DNA from: Pseudomonadota bacterium
GTDB lineage: Bacteria; Verrucomicrobiota; Verrucomicrobiia; Limisphaerales; SXTU01
Reading direction: 5' to 3'
Length of the DNA stretch: 64,000 nt
NCBI GenBank assembly: GCA_009922615.1
Contig: RFVF01000006.1
Coordinates: 34,609 to 98,608 of the forward strand
Shown here piece after piece: positions 26,801 to 35,546 of this stretch; position 1 is the stretch's first letter, and each line of letters opens with the position of its first letter. The translations under genes and the position numbers were made by a program. The notes beneath the pieces are model-generated. The model was not told the DNA's origin, searched no databases, and saw nothing but the letters and a program-made list of their open reading frames with translations.

Positions 26801-27470
26801 TCGGCGGTAAGCCGGTCAAGTCCAGCGCCACGCGCCGCGCGAGCGCGTAACGATCGGCCTCGGGTTGTGGGAGCAGACCATCCTGCGCCAGTCGGCGGAG
26901 GATGAAGACGTCGATTGGGGAGGAGTAATTAGCGATTAGTGATTGAGTCCGAGGCCCGACCGATCTTTCGCCGGTCTTCGTGAGCAGGTTACTAATTACT
27001 TCCTTACTGATCACTGGCACCGTCGGCCGCTTTGGCTTCTCGTAAGCCCAGTGCCCGGACATCTTCGCCCCCGTTTGCACCCACGCGGTCAGCAGCTCCA
27101 CCTCGCGCGCCGTGAGTTGCTTGCCGAACTTCTTCGGCGGCATCACATCGTCGGCGTCCTTCGTCGTGACGCGCTGAAGCAAGAGGCTTTTCTGTGGCTG
27201 GCCCGCGACAATCGCCCGGCGGCCGTCGCCGAGATCTGCGGTGAGCCCATCCGCCGTGTCCACCCGGAAGCCCACGCCCTTTTTGCCGCCCTTGCGTTCT
27301 TTCTCATCCGGCCCGTGGCAGGCGAAGCACTTGTCCGACAAAATCGGGCGGATGTCCCGTTGGAAATCCGGAGCCAGCGGAGCATTCGGGGCCGGGGCCG
27401 CTACCAGCACGCCCACGGCGCACATCCAACCCGCACAACCCACAGGTATCAGCGTTCGCTTCATACTCAT
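23868..27470 (-). CDS. PSCyt1 (CxxCH) - DUF1549 - F5/8 type C (discoidin) - DUF1553 multidomain protein
   Basis: CFACHGPDEKERKGG, ...MPPKK..., CAQCHTHKYDPI (DUF1549 core). The discoidin-like block is AKQSSTYMGAAAARAIDGKTDG...NPWWEVDL...VWNR. The DUF1553-like C-terminus has ...FDAPSREACSLRRNRTNTPLQAL. I prefer the start at 27470/27464 (MSMKRTL). Confidence 0.85.
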   Translation of the reverse strand: MSMKRTLIPVGCAGWMCAVGVLVAAPAPNAPLAPDFQRDIRPILSDKCFACHGPDEKERKGGKKGVGFRVDTADGLTADLGDGRRAIVAGQPQKSLLLQRVTTKDADDVMPPKKFGKQLTAREVELLTAWVQTGAKMSGHWAYEKPKRPTVPVISKEVISNLLTKTGERSVGPRTQSLIANYSSPIDVFILRRLAQDGLLPQPEADRYALARRVALDLTGLPPSVAEVDAFVADQAPKAYERFVDLQLAKPSYGEHWARLWLDLARYADSAGYADDPPRTIWAYRDYVISAFNKNLPFDQFTIEQLAGDLLENPTDDQLKATAFHRNTMTNNEGGTNDEEFRNVAVVDRVNTTFAVWMGTSMACAQCHTHKYDPIAQKEYYQLFAFLNQTEDADKRDESPLLSFFTEEQKQQRTKWETELAAIESKLKSPSPAVIAAADKWAQSFPVKLDWTSPKPSVAKATSGAALAAQDDGSVVVAKNDAAKDNFTVELTLTDAQKLTALRLEALPNDKLPGKGPGHAGGNFVVTRVRASVLPPAESKGPVGRFVRIELPAKNQFLQLAEVQVFSGGENIALKGEAKQSSTYMGAAAARAIDGKTDGEYDKGSVAHTEAQDNPWWEVDLKEARALERIVVWNRAEAGERLKGFRVVALDAQRNVVWDKAGNDAPKKDLAFAMNGAREIKFSTALADFTQANFDADNVLHDDVPKRDRTRGWAVGGATGKPHTLTLIADKPVELPAGSRVSVTLEQQSTTAKATLGHFRLGVTADAQAAEFARTPAAIVSTLASSRSLNAENWTLNALPPGDRAKVVDYFARNLAPELKSERTQFAALTKSLADLKPMTVPIYRELAADKQRKTQVQIRGNWQNLGEEVTAAVPAAWHPLPKDAPRNRLTLAKWLVDENNPLTARVVANRYWEAIFGTGLVRTSEEFGAQGELPTHPELLDWLATELVAMKWDTKQFLRLIVTSQAYRQSSKVTPEALEKDPENRLLSRGPRLRLTAEMVRDQALAASGLLSAKMFGPSVRPTRPSMGLNAAFGGGLDWTTSTGEDRYRRGLYTEWRRTSPYPSMATFDAPSREACSLRRNRTNTPLQALVTMNDPVYVEAAQALARNLTSEGGSTDADKARYAFRRLVARPPTASELSKLVKLHDDARTEFLKDKDKAIALATDPLGPLRDKMEPADLAAWTTVANVLLNLDEALMKR
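26924..27015. repeat. Low-GC, inverted-repeat-flanked segment lying in frame inside the DUF1549/DUF1553 gene
   Basis: agtaattagcgattagtgattgag ... ctaattacttccttactgatcact. It encodes ISKEVISNLLTKTGERSVGPRTQSLIAN. The paralog at 47220 has about 19 fewer residues at this position. Confidence 0.55.
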
Positions 27471-27586
27471 CAGCGGAATACTTAGTTGACCATCGCAATC
27501 ACGAGCTTGGACGGCTATTGCGGCCGGACGATTGACTAATTGCGAGGCAATTTTCAGCGCTGGCTCTTCAGCGGAAACCTCCGCCA

Positions 27587-28468
27587 TCATTTCGCGTTGG
27601 GCGTGCCCTCGAACTTCAGCAACACCTCGGCGAAGCGCCGGCCCACGTCCAGCGTGCCGGCGGAATCCCAGTGCGCGCTGTTCGCGATGGTTGCGCCCGC
27701 CGTGTCCACGTAGGCGCAACGCGGGTCCTTCGCGGCGAGCGCTTGCTGCGCCTCTACAATCTTCGGCATGAAGGCGTTCTTGCCGCCGCCGAACTGCGTG
27801 TTGACGGCCACGAGCGCGATGAGCTGCGGCGCGTTGAGGTCCTTGCGCAGCGCGGCAATCATGTCGCCCAGCGCCTGCGTGTAGCGCGGGGCGGACGTGG
27901 CGTTTGCGTCACTCTCGCCCTGCACCCACGCGAGCGCGCGTGGGCGCAGCGTGATGCCCTGCGCCTTCGCGGCGGCGAGCGCGGCCTTCGTCTCCGCTAC
28001 GAGCGCGCGGTAGCACGAGCCGCCGGGGCCGGCGTCGGCGGGGTTCCAATCCTGCGCCATGCCTGTGCCGCTCCACGCGGCCTTCACCACGGCGAGCGGC
28101 TTCTTCTCCTTCGCAAACAGCGCGCGGGCGAAACCCATCTCTGGACCGAAGCCGCCGGCCGCACCGGAGAAGTTCCCGTATTGGCGCGCCATCTTGCCTT
28201 TCTCCATCGGCGTGCCCTTGGGCTGCGCTTGCAGCGCGGTGAGCCACTTGCCACCGCTGGTGGTGTCGTGCTCATCCGGCGGCGGGTCGCCCGCGCGGAA
28301 CCAAAACATGACCTGCTTGTCAGCGTCATCGGCGGGCAAGTCGGACGGCTTAGCGTCGTAGCCCACGGCATTCGACTGGCCGGCGATGAGGAGCAGGTCG
28401 CGCGTCTCCGCAGCGGGGGCTGAACCACAGAGGACACAGAGAGCACAGAGTAGAGAGAAGCGTTTCAT
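27587..28468 (-). CDS. Sialate O-acetylesterase-like (SASA/DUF303) carbohydrate esterase, secreted
   Basis: Signal peptide MKRFSLLCALCVLCGSAPA from the ATG at 28468. GQSN motif (LLIAGQSNAVGY). ...WVQGESDA... Confidence 0.75.
   Translation of the reverse strand: MKRFSLLCALCVLCGSAPAAETRDLLLIAGQSNAVGYDAKPSDLPADDADKQVMFWFRAGDPPPDEHDTTSGGKWLTALQAQPKGTPMEKGKMARQYGNFSGAAGGFGPEMGFARALFAKEKKPLAVVKAAWSGTGMAQDWNPADAGPGGSCYRALVAETKAALAAAKAQGITLRPRALAWVQGESDANATSAPRYTQALGDMIAALRKDLNAPQLIALVAVNTQFGGGKNAFMPKIVEAQQALAAKDPRCAYVDTAGATIANSAHWDSAGTLDVGRRFAEVLLKFEGTPNAK
28426..28452. repeat. Tandem nonamer (CACAGAGNN x3) encoding the LCA-LCV-LCG core of a signal peptide
   Basis: cacagagga cacagagag cacagagta was read directly. 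The 9-nt period keeps the frame. Confidence 0.7.
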
Positions 28469-28488
28469 TTTTAGAGGAAGCCGGACTT

Positions 28489-31212
28489 TTACTTGGCCAG
28501 CATCGAGATTTCTTCGGATGCCAGCACCCGATGCAGGACCACCGTCCGGCCAATCAGCCCGCGATAGTAGGCGTCGTGGAGGTAGAAGATTTCTGCGCCG
28601 AGGATGAGCGAAGGCACGATGGCGGATTCGGCGGGGAACTTCTTGGTCTGGCCTTCGCCGACGGGCTGGCCGTCGAGGTAGAGGCGGACTTGCCACTGGC
28701 CGTCCTTCGGCTCGGCGGTCATGGCGACGTGCTGCCACTTGTCGGCGGCGAGCTTGGTGGTGGAGACGATGCTGTCGTTCACGTTGATGCGCGCGGCGAG
28801 TTGGTAGGGGGCGGTCTGCCCGTGCAGGCCGAGGATGAAGCGGCGCGCGCCGTAGCCAATCACGTCGCCGCGTCCGCCGTTGTGCGGGCCGCCCATCGCG
28901 GGAGCGGGCTTCACCCATGCGGCGAGCGTGAGGCCAGGGATGGGCGCGCCGCCGCCGTGATGACCGGTGAGGGCGACCGGAAGGGTGTCCTTACCTGCGT
29001 AGCTGGGGTGGCTGAGGTAGGAGCGATTCAGTCCGCTGTCGAAGCGGTAGGCTTTGCGCCCGGTCGTGTTGTCCGCGAAGCGAAGGGCTGGGCGGCCTTC
29101 GTCCGTGACCCAGTCCAGATTGGCAAGGTCAAGGTGACCGAGGCCGCCGCCACTGCCGTGGTTCAGCACGACCAAGCCTTTGCCCTCCAGCATCCGGTAG
29201 TCCGCGATGGCCCCAGCGGGCGCGGGCGGAATCGGCGCGGGCGTATCGTTGGCCTTCGCGAGCACGCCAGCGGGCAATGCCTCGCCGTCGCCGAGCTTGC
29301 GGAACTCCACTTCGGTCACGAGGAAGTCGCCGGTGCCGGCGTTGCCGAAAGCGATCTCCAGCGCGCCCGCGTCCTCGGGCACGTCGAAGGCGAAGCCCTG
29401 CTTGCGCCAGTCGAACGTGCCGTTGCCCACGAAGTGCCGCGCCTCGGCGAGCTTCTTGTTGGTCTTCGCCTGCGTCGCGGTCAGCTCGATGCGGCCGCCG
29501 GGGCCGTGGACATTCGCCGCCCTCACGAGCGCGGTGACGACGTAGCGGCCCTTCGCCAGCGGTGCGGCCTTGGGCAAGTTCGCTTTGCCGAATGACGCCG
29601 GGCCGAGCTTGAGCGCGAAGCCGCTGCCCGCACCGCAGTTTTTTTCCAGCTCGTAGGTCGGGCGCTGGTTGTGCGCGGTCATGAACGGCGTGCGGCCGAG
29701 AATCCACGTCTCGCTCATCGGCACGTGCTGGCTGAACGTCAGCTTCGGCCACTCGTCTGCGAAGACGTAGTGATGCTGCGGGTCGAGCGTGGGCGAGTCG
29801 TAGATTTTCGACGCGTCGAAGAGCGCCTTCGCCTCAGCGGCAGGGGCGCCGGTGTAGCGATATTTCACTTCGAGGCGCGTGCCGGGTTTGGCGGTCTCGG
29901 GCGCGAAGCTCACGCCGGTGTCGTAGAACGCGGCGCAAACGGCGGTGTTCAGCTTGCGGCCGGTGCTCGTGCCGCTGCTGATGTCGTATTCCACCGCAGG
30001 CGCGATGTGCATCTGCTCCATGTGCCGGCCAAACCACACGCGTGAGCCCCCGGCAGTCTCCAAGTCATACTGCGGGCCGGGGTCAATCGGATACACAGGG
30101 CGGTGATAAGTGCCCGCACCGCCCGCGCGCTTGGCGATGAGATACTGCCAGCGGAACGGGTCGAGCGGCGTGTGATGCTCGAAGTCGAAGCCGTAGCGAA
30201 AATGAAACGGCTCGCCGGGCAGCATCTCCAGCGCGCTCTCGATGTCGTAGGTGTAAGTGCCGCGCTTCGCGTCGTAGCCGACGGTAAGCGTGCTCTTCGT
30301 GGTGAAGCGGTCCTTCACATGGCGCGCGGACCAAGTGGCTTTTAGCGAGGTGCCGCCACCGCTCGTCTCGGGCGCGGTCCACTTGGAGTCGGCGTCCTTG
30401 AACGCGCCTTGGTTCGCCAGATCCCAGTGCGAATCGAAGGTGAGCTGCGGCTTGTAGCCCGGGCGCAACTTGGCGAAGACGCTGGGGTCCTTCTCGTAAT
30501 GGAGCTGGAGCACGGGCTCGTCGCCATCGAAGACAAACTGCCGCCGGCCGAGGAATGCACGGACTGAGAAGTGCGGGAAGTGCGGACCCGATGGCGGACG
30601 CGTGATGGATGGAGCCGGTTCCACCAGCACGTCGGAGAAAGTCGCCTTCGCCCCGTCCTGCACGGCGATGCCCGCCGCGCCGGAAGCCAGCGGCAGGAAG
30701 ACATCGTCCCACGCAATCATGTCCACCCCGTCCACGCGCACCGAGATGCGCGAGCCTTGTGCGCTGACGGCGAGCTTGTGCGGCTCCTTGAGCTTCACTT
30801 CACACGGCACCACGCGCACGTAGCCGCCCTCAGGCCACTTCACGAGCGCGACGACCTGATACATGTGCGAGAGCTGGACGCGGTAGCCACTGTTTGTGCC
30901 TGCCCGCAAGATTAAGCCGGCATCGAATCCGCCGTCACTGAACGTCGCATCCGGCCACGCGCTCCAGCCTTGGCCGAAGAAGCGCATAGTCTTCGCCGGC
31001 TCAAGGATGGTGACCGTGGCCGCGAGGTGGACATCAGCAAACTCTTTGGGCGCGCGAAGCGAGGGCCACTTGTCACCGGTGAGAGTGGCAGACGTGCCCG
31101 TGATGGCTGCGCTCTTCCAGTCGGTGGGATGCGCCGTCCACTCGCTCAATGATTCGGCACCGATAGCTGAAAGTGCAGACGCCAGCAGCGAGACAAGGAG
31201 GCCAGTTTTCAT
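28489..31212 (-). CDS. Large secreted protein with an N-terminal concanavalin/DUF1080-like beta-sandwich and a C-terminal LamG-like lectin domain
   Basis: Signal peptide MKTGLLVSLLASALSAIGA. The C-terminus has LTLAAWVKP...KWQHVAMT...WQVRLYLDGQPVGEG, typical of LamG/pentraxin-like domains. The function of the central region is unknown. Confidence 0.6.
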   Translation of the reverse strand: MKTGLLVSLLASALSAIGAESLSEWTAHPTDWKSAAITGTSATLTGDKWPSLRAPKEFADVHLAATVTILEPAKTMRFFGQGWSAWPDATFSDGGFDAGLILRAGTNSGYRVQLSHMYQVVALVKWPEGGYVRVVPCEVKLKEPHKLAVSAQGSRISVRVDGVDMIAWDDVFLPLASGAAGIAVQDGAKATFSDVLVEPAPSITRPPSGPHFPHFSVRAFLGRRQFVFDGDEPVLQLHYEKDPSVFAKLRPGYKPQLTFDSHWDLANQGAFKDADSKWTAPETSGGGTSLKATWSARHVKDRFTTKSTLTVGYDAKRGTYTYDIESALEMLPGEPFHFRYGFDFEHHTPLDPFRWQYLIAKRAGGAGTYHRPVYPIDPGPQYDLETAGGSRVWFGRHMEQMHIAPAVEYDISSGTSTGRKLNTAVCAAFYDTGVSFAPETAKPGTRLEVKYRYTGAPAAEAKALFDASKIYDSPTLDPQHHYVFADEWPKLTFSQHVPMSETWILGRTPFMTAHNQRPTYELEKNCGAGSGFALKLGPASFGKANLPKAAPLAKGRYVVTALVRAANVHGPGGRIELTATQAKTNKKLAEARHFVGNGTFDWRKQGFAFDVPEDAGALEIAFGNAGTGDFLVTEVEFRKLGDGEALPAGVLAKANDTPAPIPPAPAGAIADYRMLEGKGLVVLNHGSGGGLGHLDLANLDWVTDEGRPALRFADNTTGRKAYRFDSGLNRSYLSHPSYAGKDTLPVALTGHHGGGAPIPGLTLAAWVKPAPAMGGPHNGGRGDVIGYGARRFILGLHGQTAPYQLAARINVNDSIVSTTKLAADKWQHVAMTAEPKDGQWQVRLYLDGQPVGEGQTKKFPAESAIVPSLILGAEIFYLHDAYYRGLIGRTVVLHRVLASEEISMLAK

Positions 31213-31219
31213 AGGTGGT

Positions 31220-32059
31220 TTACTTGGCGCCCTTGACGCCGGACAGCGGATAGCCCGTCACTGTCTCCCATGCGATTTGCCGGAGGAGCGGATCGAGTTC
31301 AGGACTGAGCTTGTCCAATGCCGCGTTGGCCACCTTCAGCCCGACCGGCGACACGCCGTAGATGCAGGCAAAGTTGCAATACGTGGCGAGGGCAAGAATC
31401 GGTTCCTTTCCGTGTCCGATCTGGTCGGTGAACAGGTCGGTCTGCTTCGTGAGTCCGGGCGCTTTGCCGGCAGCGATGAGTTCGCGCAGCTTCAACACGG
31501 CCCCGCCGACGGGCGTGATGGAAACGGCATCGCGGCCCAGTTTCTGGTTGAGGGCTTTGACCTGCGCTTCGAGGTTCGTGCGCCACTTGAGATTTGCCGC
31601 CCGGACGATGTCGAGCGAGCGCGTGTCGCGGTCTTCGTTTTTGGCGATTTTGTCGGTGCCTTCCCACCCGTCCCAAGGCATCCACGAGTGCTGCACGAAG
31701 AAGCGCAGCTTGGGATTGTGCCTCACGCCCAGCTCAACGAAATGGTTGATGCCCTCGTCCGGCAGATACACGTGCGGCGACATCGTCATCACGTCCACCT
31801 TGCCTTCGGTGAGCGCGGGTTTGGCCTTCTGCTTCTCGTCCGGGAGGTCACAATGCTGAATGACCTTCGACCCGCCAATCATCTGCGCGGCGACCAGTTC
31901 GTGCCCCTCGATGCCCGCCGCCTTGGCCAGCGGAGCGAGCCGTGGCGCGATGAAGATGTGGAAACTGTGCGCCGTTACGAGCACACGCTCGCCTTTGGGT
32001 GCGGCAGGCAGCGAAGTGGCTAGAAACAGACAAAGAAAACCCGCGCGTAGGAGCTGCAT
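31220..32059 (-). CDS. Secreted hypothetical protein (possibly an SGNH-like fold)
   Basis: Signal peptide MQLLRAGFLCLFLATSLPAAP. It is co-directional with, and 7 nt upstream of, the LamG gene. No diagnostic motif was recognised. Confidence 0.5.
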   Translation of the reverse strand: MQLLRAGFLCLFLATSLPAAPKGERVLVTAHSFHIFIAPRLAPLAKAAGIEGHELVAAQMIGGSKVIQHCDLPDEKQKAKPALTEGKVDVMTMSPHVYLPDEGINHFVELGVRHNPKLRFFVQHSWMPWDGWEGTDKIAKNEDRDTRSLDIVRAANLKWRTNLEAQVKALNQKLGRDAVSITPVGGAVLKLRELIAAGKAPGLTKQTDLFTDQIGHGKEPILALATYCNFACIYGVSPVGLKVANAALDKLSPELDPLLRQIAWETVTGYPLSGVKGAK

Positions 32060-32198
32060 AAGTGATGCGTGCGACGGGTGAAACAGCGGGTGAATTCACC
32101 ATGCCGCGTGCCGGCGGTTTGCCACCGCGAGCACTGGCAATTCGCCGCTCGCGCTTTCAACCGCTATCCATTTCACTCACCTCCCGTCAGCAACAGCG

Positions 32199-33014
32199 AT
32201 GAACACAACCACCGTTCCCCAAGACGCGCACGCGGTGCGCGCCGAAGTCCGCAAAGCCTATGCCGCCGTTGCCGCGCGCGCGTCGAACTGTGGCCCCAGC
32301 GCGGCCTCCACGTGTTGCGGTGGTGGTGGCCCGCCCGCCATCGGCGCCGAGAAGTTGGGCTACCGCGACCACGAAATCGCCGCCGCGCCCGAGGGGGCAA
32401 ACCTCGGCCTCGGTTGCGGGAATCCGCACGCGATCGCCTCGCTCCGCCCCGGCGAGACAGTGCTCGACCTCGGCAGCGGCGCGGGCTTTGACTGTTTCCT
32501 CGCCGCGCGCGCCGTGGGACCGACTGGCCGCGTCATCGGCGTGGACATGACGCCGGCGATGGTGCAACAGGCACGGGCCAATGCGGGGAAAGCAGGCGTG
32601 CGGCACATTGAGTTCCGGCTCGGAGAAATCGAGTCGTTGCCCGTGGATGGGGCCTCCGTGGATGTGATCCTTTCCAATTGCGTCATCAACCTCTCGCCGG
32701 CCAAGGCGCGCGTTTTTCGGGAGTCATTCCGCGTGTTGCGCCCGGGGGGACGCCTGGCGATCGCGGACGTCGTGCGAACGGCGGAGCTTCCGGCTGACAT
32801 CTTGGCGGACCTCGCGGCGCACTGTGGCTGCGTGGCGGGGGCGGCAGCGGTGGAGGAATTGGAGGAGTGGCTGAGGGAGGCGGGCTTTGTGGACATCCGG
32901 ATTACGCCGATGGATGCGAGCCGGGAGTTTATCCACGAGTGGCTGCCGGGGAAGAACCCGGGGGACTATGTGCTGTCCGCGAGCATTGCGGCGGTGAAGC
33001 CGGGGCGAGAGTAA
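32199..33014 (+). CDS. arsM: Arsenite S-adenosylmethionine methyltransferase (ArsM)-like
   Basis: VRKAYAAVA..., Cys pair STCCGGGG, GLGCGNP, SAM motif VLDLGSGAGFDCF, LSNCVINLSP, RVLRPGGRLAI. Confidence 0.8.
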   Translation: MNTTTVPQDAHAVRAEVRKAYAAVAARASNCGPSAASTCCGGGGPPAIGAEKLGYRDHEIAAAPEGANLGLGCGNPHAIASLRPGETVLDLGSGAGFDCFLAARAVGPTGRVIGVDMTPAMVQQARANAGKAGVRHIEFRLGEIESLPVDGASVDVILSNCVINLSPAKARVFRESFRVLRPGGRLAIADVVRTAELPADILADLAAHCGCVAGAAAVEELEEWLREAGFVDIRITPMDASREFIHEWLPGKNPGDYVLSASIAAVKPGRE

Positions 33015-33091
33015 TTCAGCGATCAATAATCCGTGCGGGCCACCGGCGAGTACGGGTGACGGGAGACGAAGGATTGGACGTTGAGCTGGGG

Positions 33092-34078
33092 CTACTTCGC
33101 CTTCGCAACTTCAGCGATCTTCGCTTCCAACTCGGTCCACTTGGCCTGTGCTTCGGCTACGGGCAGGCCCTTCTTCATGCCGGGCCGCAGGTGCTCGCAC
33201 TCGGTGAGCCAGGCGTCTTTCATCACGGCCTGGCGCTCGGCGATGAGCTTGAGCAGTTCCGCGCCGCGCGGGTGGATGGCAGCGAGGAAAGCGGAGCCGT
33301 CCTTGGCCTCGGCCAGTTTGTCTTCCGGGCCCTTGAACTCGCGCAGCACTTCGCGCGCGATGAGCCAGTGGCCGGTGCCATTGATGTGGACCCCGTCGCC
33401 CGCCAGCCGGTAGGCGGGATCACGCTGGCGTTCGGTGGCAAGGTGTTTCGCCATGGGTGAGTGCGTGTCGACCACGAGCCAGCCTTGCGCGCGCTGGCTG
33501 ATGAGCCATTCAGAATAGCGATCCAGCACGGTGTTGTAGCCCTCGAAGGGTTGCTTGTATTCCGCCAAGCCAGCGGGAAGCGTGCGGCCTTTGATGGGGA
33601 CGGCGTCGAAGACGGGAGGCGTGAGGTGGATGACTTTTGCACCGGCGGCGACAGCTTTCTTGCGAAAGAGCTCGATGCCTTCGCGATACTTGGCAAAGCG
33701 CTCGTCGCTGAGCGGATAATACATGCCGCAGTTCATGCCGTAGCAGGCGACGAGGAGGTCGGGCTTGGTCTTGGCAAGCACGCGGTCGAGGCGTTCATGG
33801 ACGGTGGGGCGGGGGAATCTACCGCCGGCATGGCCGGGCTCACTCAGGCCACTGACGGTTTCGCTCGGCAGACCAATGTCTAAGAACTCGATGGCTTGGT
33901 CGGGATGGGCGGCGCGGAAGGTGGCTTCAAGTATGTCCACGTAGCCACCCGCGTAGGTGATGCTGTCGCCGAGGAAGACGATGCGCTTGACGCCTTGCAT
34001 GAGGGCATCGGGGTCGGCGGCGGAGGCGGAGGTGATGGCGGCGAGGAGTAATGCGACAAGAATGGGCAGTGGCTTCAT
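33092..34078 (-). CDS. SGNH/GDSL hydrolase family protein, secreted
   Basis: The ATG at 34078 gives the signal MKPLPILVALLLAAITSASA. Block I is RIVFLGDSITYAGGY. ...GDGVHINGTGH (block V-like). Confidence 0.75.
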   Translation of the reverse strand: MKPLPILVALLLAAITSASAADPDALMQGVKRIVFLGDSITYAGGYVDILEATFRAAHPDQAIEFLDIGLPSETVSGLSEPGHAGGRFPRPTVHERLDRVLAKTKPDLLVACYGMNCGMYYPLSDERFAKYREGIELFRKKAVAAGAKVIHLTPPVFDAVPIKGRTLPAGLAEYKQPFEGYNTVLDRYSEWLISQRAQGWLVVDTHSPMAKHLATERQRDPAYRLAGDGVHINGTGHWLIAREVLREFKGPEDKLAEAKDGSAFLAAIHPRGAELLKLIAERQAVMKDAWLTECEHLRPGMKKGLPVAEAQAKWTELEAKIAEVAKAK

Positions 34079-34155
34079 GCGAATGTGTCGGGAAGCGTAT
34101 GCCTCCAAGCCACGCTGCTGCAAGTCTCGGAGGCGGCCAAGTTCGCATGGCGTCC

Positions 34156-34210
34156 TGGACTGCGGTGGCAAAGCGCAGCGGCGTGGCGCTCCGCTTCCCG
34201 CCGCAGTCCA
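34156..34210. repeat. Palindromic intergenic element (TGGACTGCGG ... CCGCAGTCCA arms)
   Basis: Perfect 10-bp terminal arms with further partial pairing inside (aagcg/cgctt). It is translated in spurious ORFs as ...LDCGGKAQRRG... / ...RSGVALRFPPQSKT... Confidence 0.55.
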
Positions 34211-34246
34211 AGACATCGCAGGACTTCGATAGCCTTTGGGCTCACT

Positions 34247-34987
34247 TCACCGCAGCAAGCCGCCATGAGCCTTGAGCCAACGCTCGGCCTCCGCCCAGCG
34301 CGGGAAGGCGTCGGCCACGTGCCGCCAGTAGCGCGCCGAGTGGTTCATCTCGCGGCGGTGCATCAGCTCGTGGACACAGATGTAATCGCGCACAAAGTCC
34401 GGCGTCTGCACGAGCCGCCAGTTCAACGAGATGGTCCCAGCCCGCGAACAACTGCCCCACCGCGAGCGCTGGTTGCGCACTGTGACGCGCTGGACGGTGA
34501 CCGCAAGTGACGCAGCAAGTTCGTGCAAGCGGGGTGGCAGCTCGTGCGCGGCAAGCTGCCAGAGGTGGCGCTCTACGGCCGGGCGGAGGTTGGTCGCGGG
34601 CTGGCGGAGCGCGAAGCTTTGGTCCGCGAATTTCACCAGGCAGCCAGTGGCGTGAGTTTCCAGTTGCAACGCAACGCGCTCACCGCGAAAGAGGATTTCT
34701 GTTGCGTGCCGCCATTCGGTGGCGTGCCGGGCACGCGGGGGTTTGGCGAGTTGCTGCTCCAGCCACGAGGTCTGCCGGTGGGCGAAAGCAAACGCCTCGG
34801 CGCGATTGCCCAAGCGCGGCACCGTCACGCGCACGATGCGCTCCGGCGTGAGCCGCAGGATGTAACGGCGGGCCTTGGCATTGCGCACGAACTCGACGGG
34901 GAGCTCGGTCTCGCCCACGCGCAGCGTGTCGGTCGGCGCGGCCGGACGCACGCGGTTCAGGAGGCGAGTGAAGAGGTCGAGCTGCAC
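34247..34987 (-). CDS. YgjP-like (DUF45) M48-family metal-dependent hydrolase
   Basis: VHELMHRREMNHSARYW (the HExxH...NH..FW signature). GTG start. Confidence 0.8.
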   Translation of the reverse strand: MQLDLFTRLLNRVRPAAPTDTLRVGETELPVEFVRNAKARRYILRLTPERIVRVTVPRLGNRAEAFAFAHRQTSWLEQQLAKPPRARHATEWRHATEILFRGERVALQLETHATGCLVKFADQSFALRQPATNLRPAVERHLWQLAAHELPPRLHELAASLAVTVQRVTVRNQRSRWGSCSRAGTISLNWRLVQTPDFVRDYICVHELMHRREMNHSARYWRHVADAFPRWAEAERWLKAHGGLLR

Positions 34988-35011
34988 GCGCGGGGCGGCG
35001 GGGGGGAAAGG

Positions 35012-35443
35012 TTACGCGGCGGTCGCCGGCACGAGCTGCCGGGCGAGCGTGGCGATGGCGGCGGGCGGGACTTCGCCTTTGCGCTGAAAGTGCTGGGCTT
35101 GCTCCGCCACGAGCGCCCGCTCGTTCTCGTTGAGCGGCTTGGCACTGAGGACGATGACGGGGACGAGTTGCCAGTTGGTGCGGCGGCGCAACTGCGTGAG
35201 GAACTGAAAGCCATCCATGCCGGCCATCATCAAGTCCAGCACGATGACGTTGGGTTGGTGGTTGTCCAGCAGCAGCAGGGCGTGACCGCCGTTTTCCGAC
35301 TCAACCACCTTGAACTTTTCCTGCTCCAGCGCGCGGCGATAAATCTGCCGGATCACGGGATTATCGTCCACGAGCAGCACGACGCCGTCGGTGGCCGGCT
35401 TGGGCGTAGCGGGCGGCTCATTGCGCGATTTCGTCTGGGCCAT
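35012..35443 (-). CDS. Stand-alone response regulator receiver protein
   Basis: VVLLVDDNPVIRQ...NVIVLDLMMAGMDGFQFL...PVIVLSAKP. The start is uncertain (ATG at 35443 chosen; the ORF extends to 35659). Confidence 0.75.
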   Translation of the reverse strand: MAQTKSRNEPPATPKPATDGVVLLVDDNPVIRQIYRRALEQEKFKVVESENGGHALLLLDNHQPNVIVLDLMMAGMDGFQFLTQLRRRTNWQLVPVIVLSAKPLNENERALVAEQAQHFQRKGEVPPAAIATLARQLVPATAA

Positions 35444-35546
35444 GCGCGATGCTGCGCGCCGGGCGGGCGTGATTGCAAGCCGGGAGACGTTGGGCTTGTG
35501 CATTGCACGCTCGCCAAGTGGCGAAGGCTCTGCGATATCACCCCGC

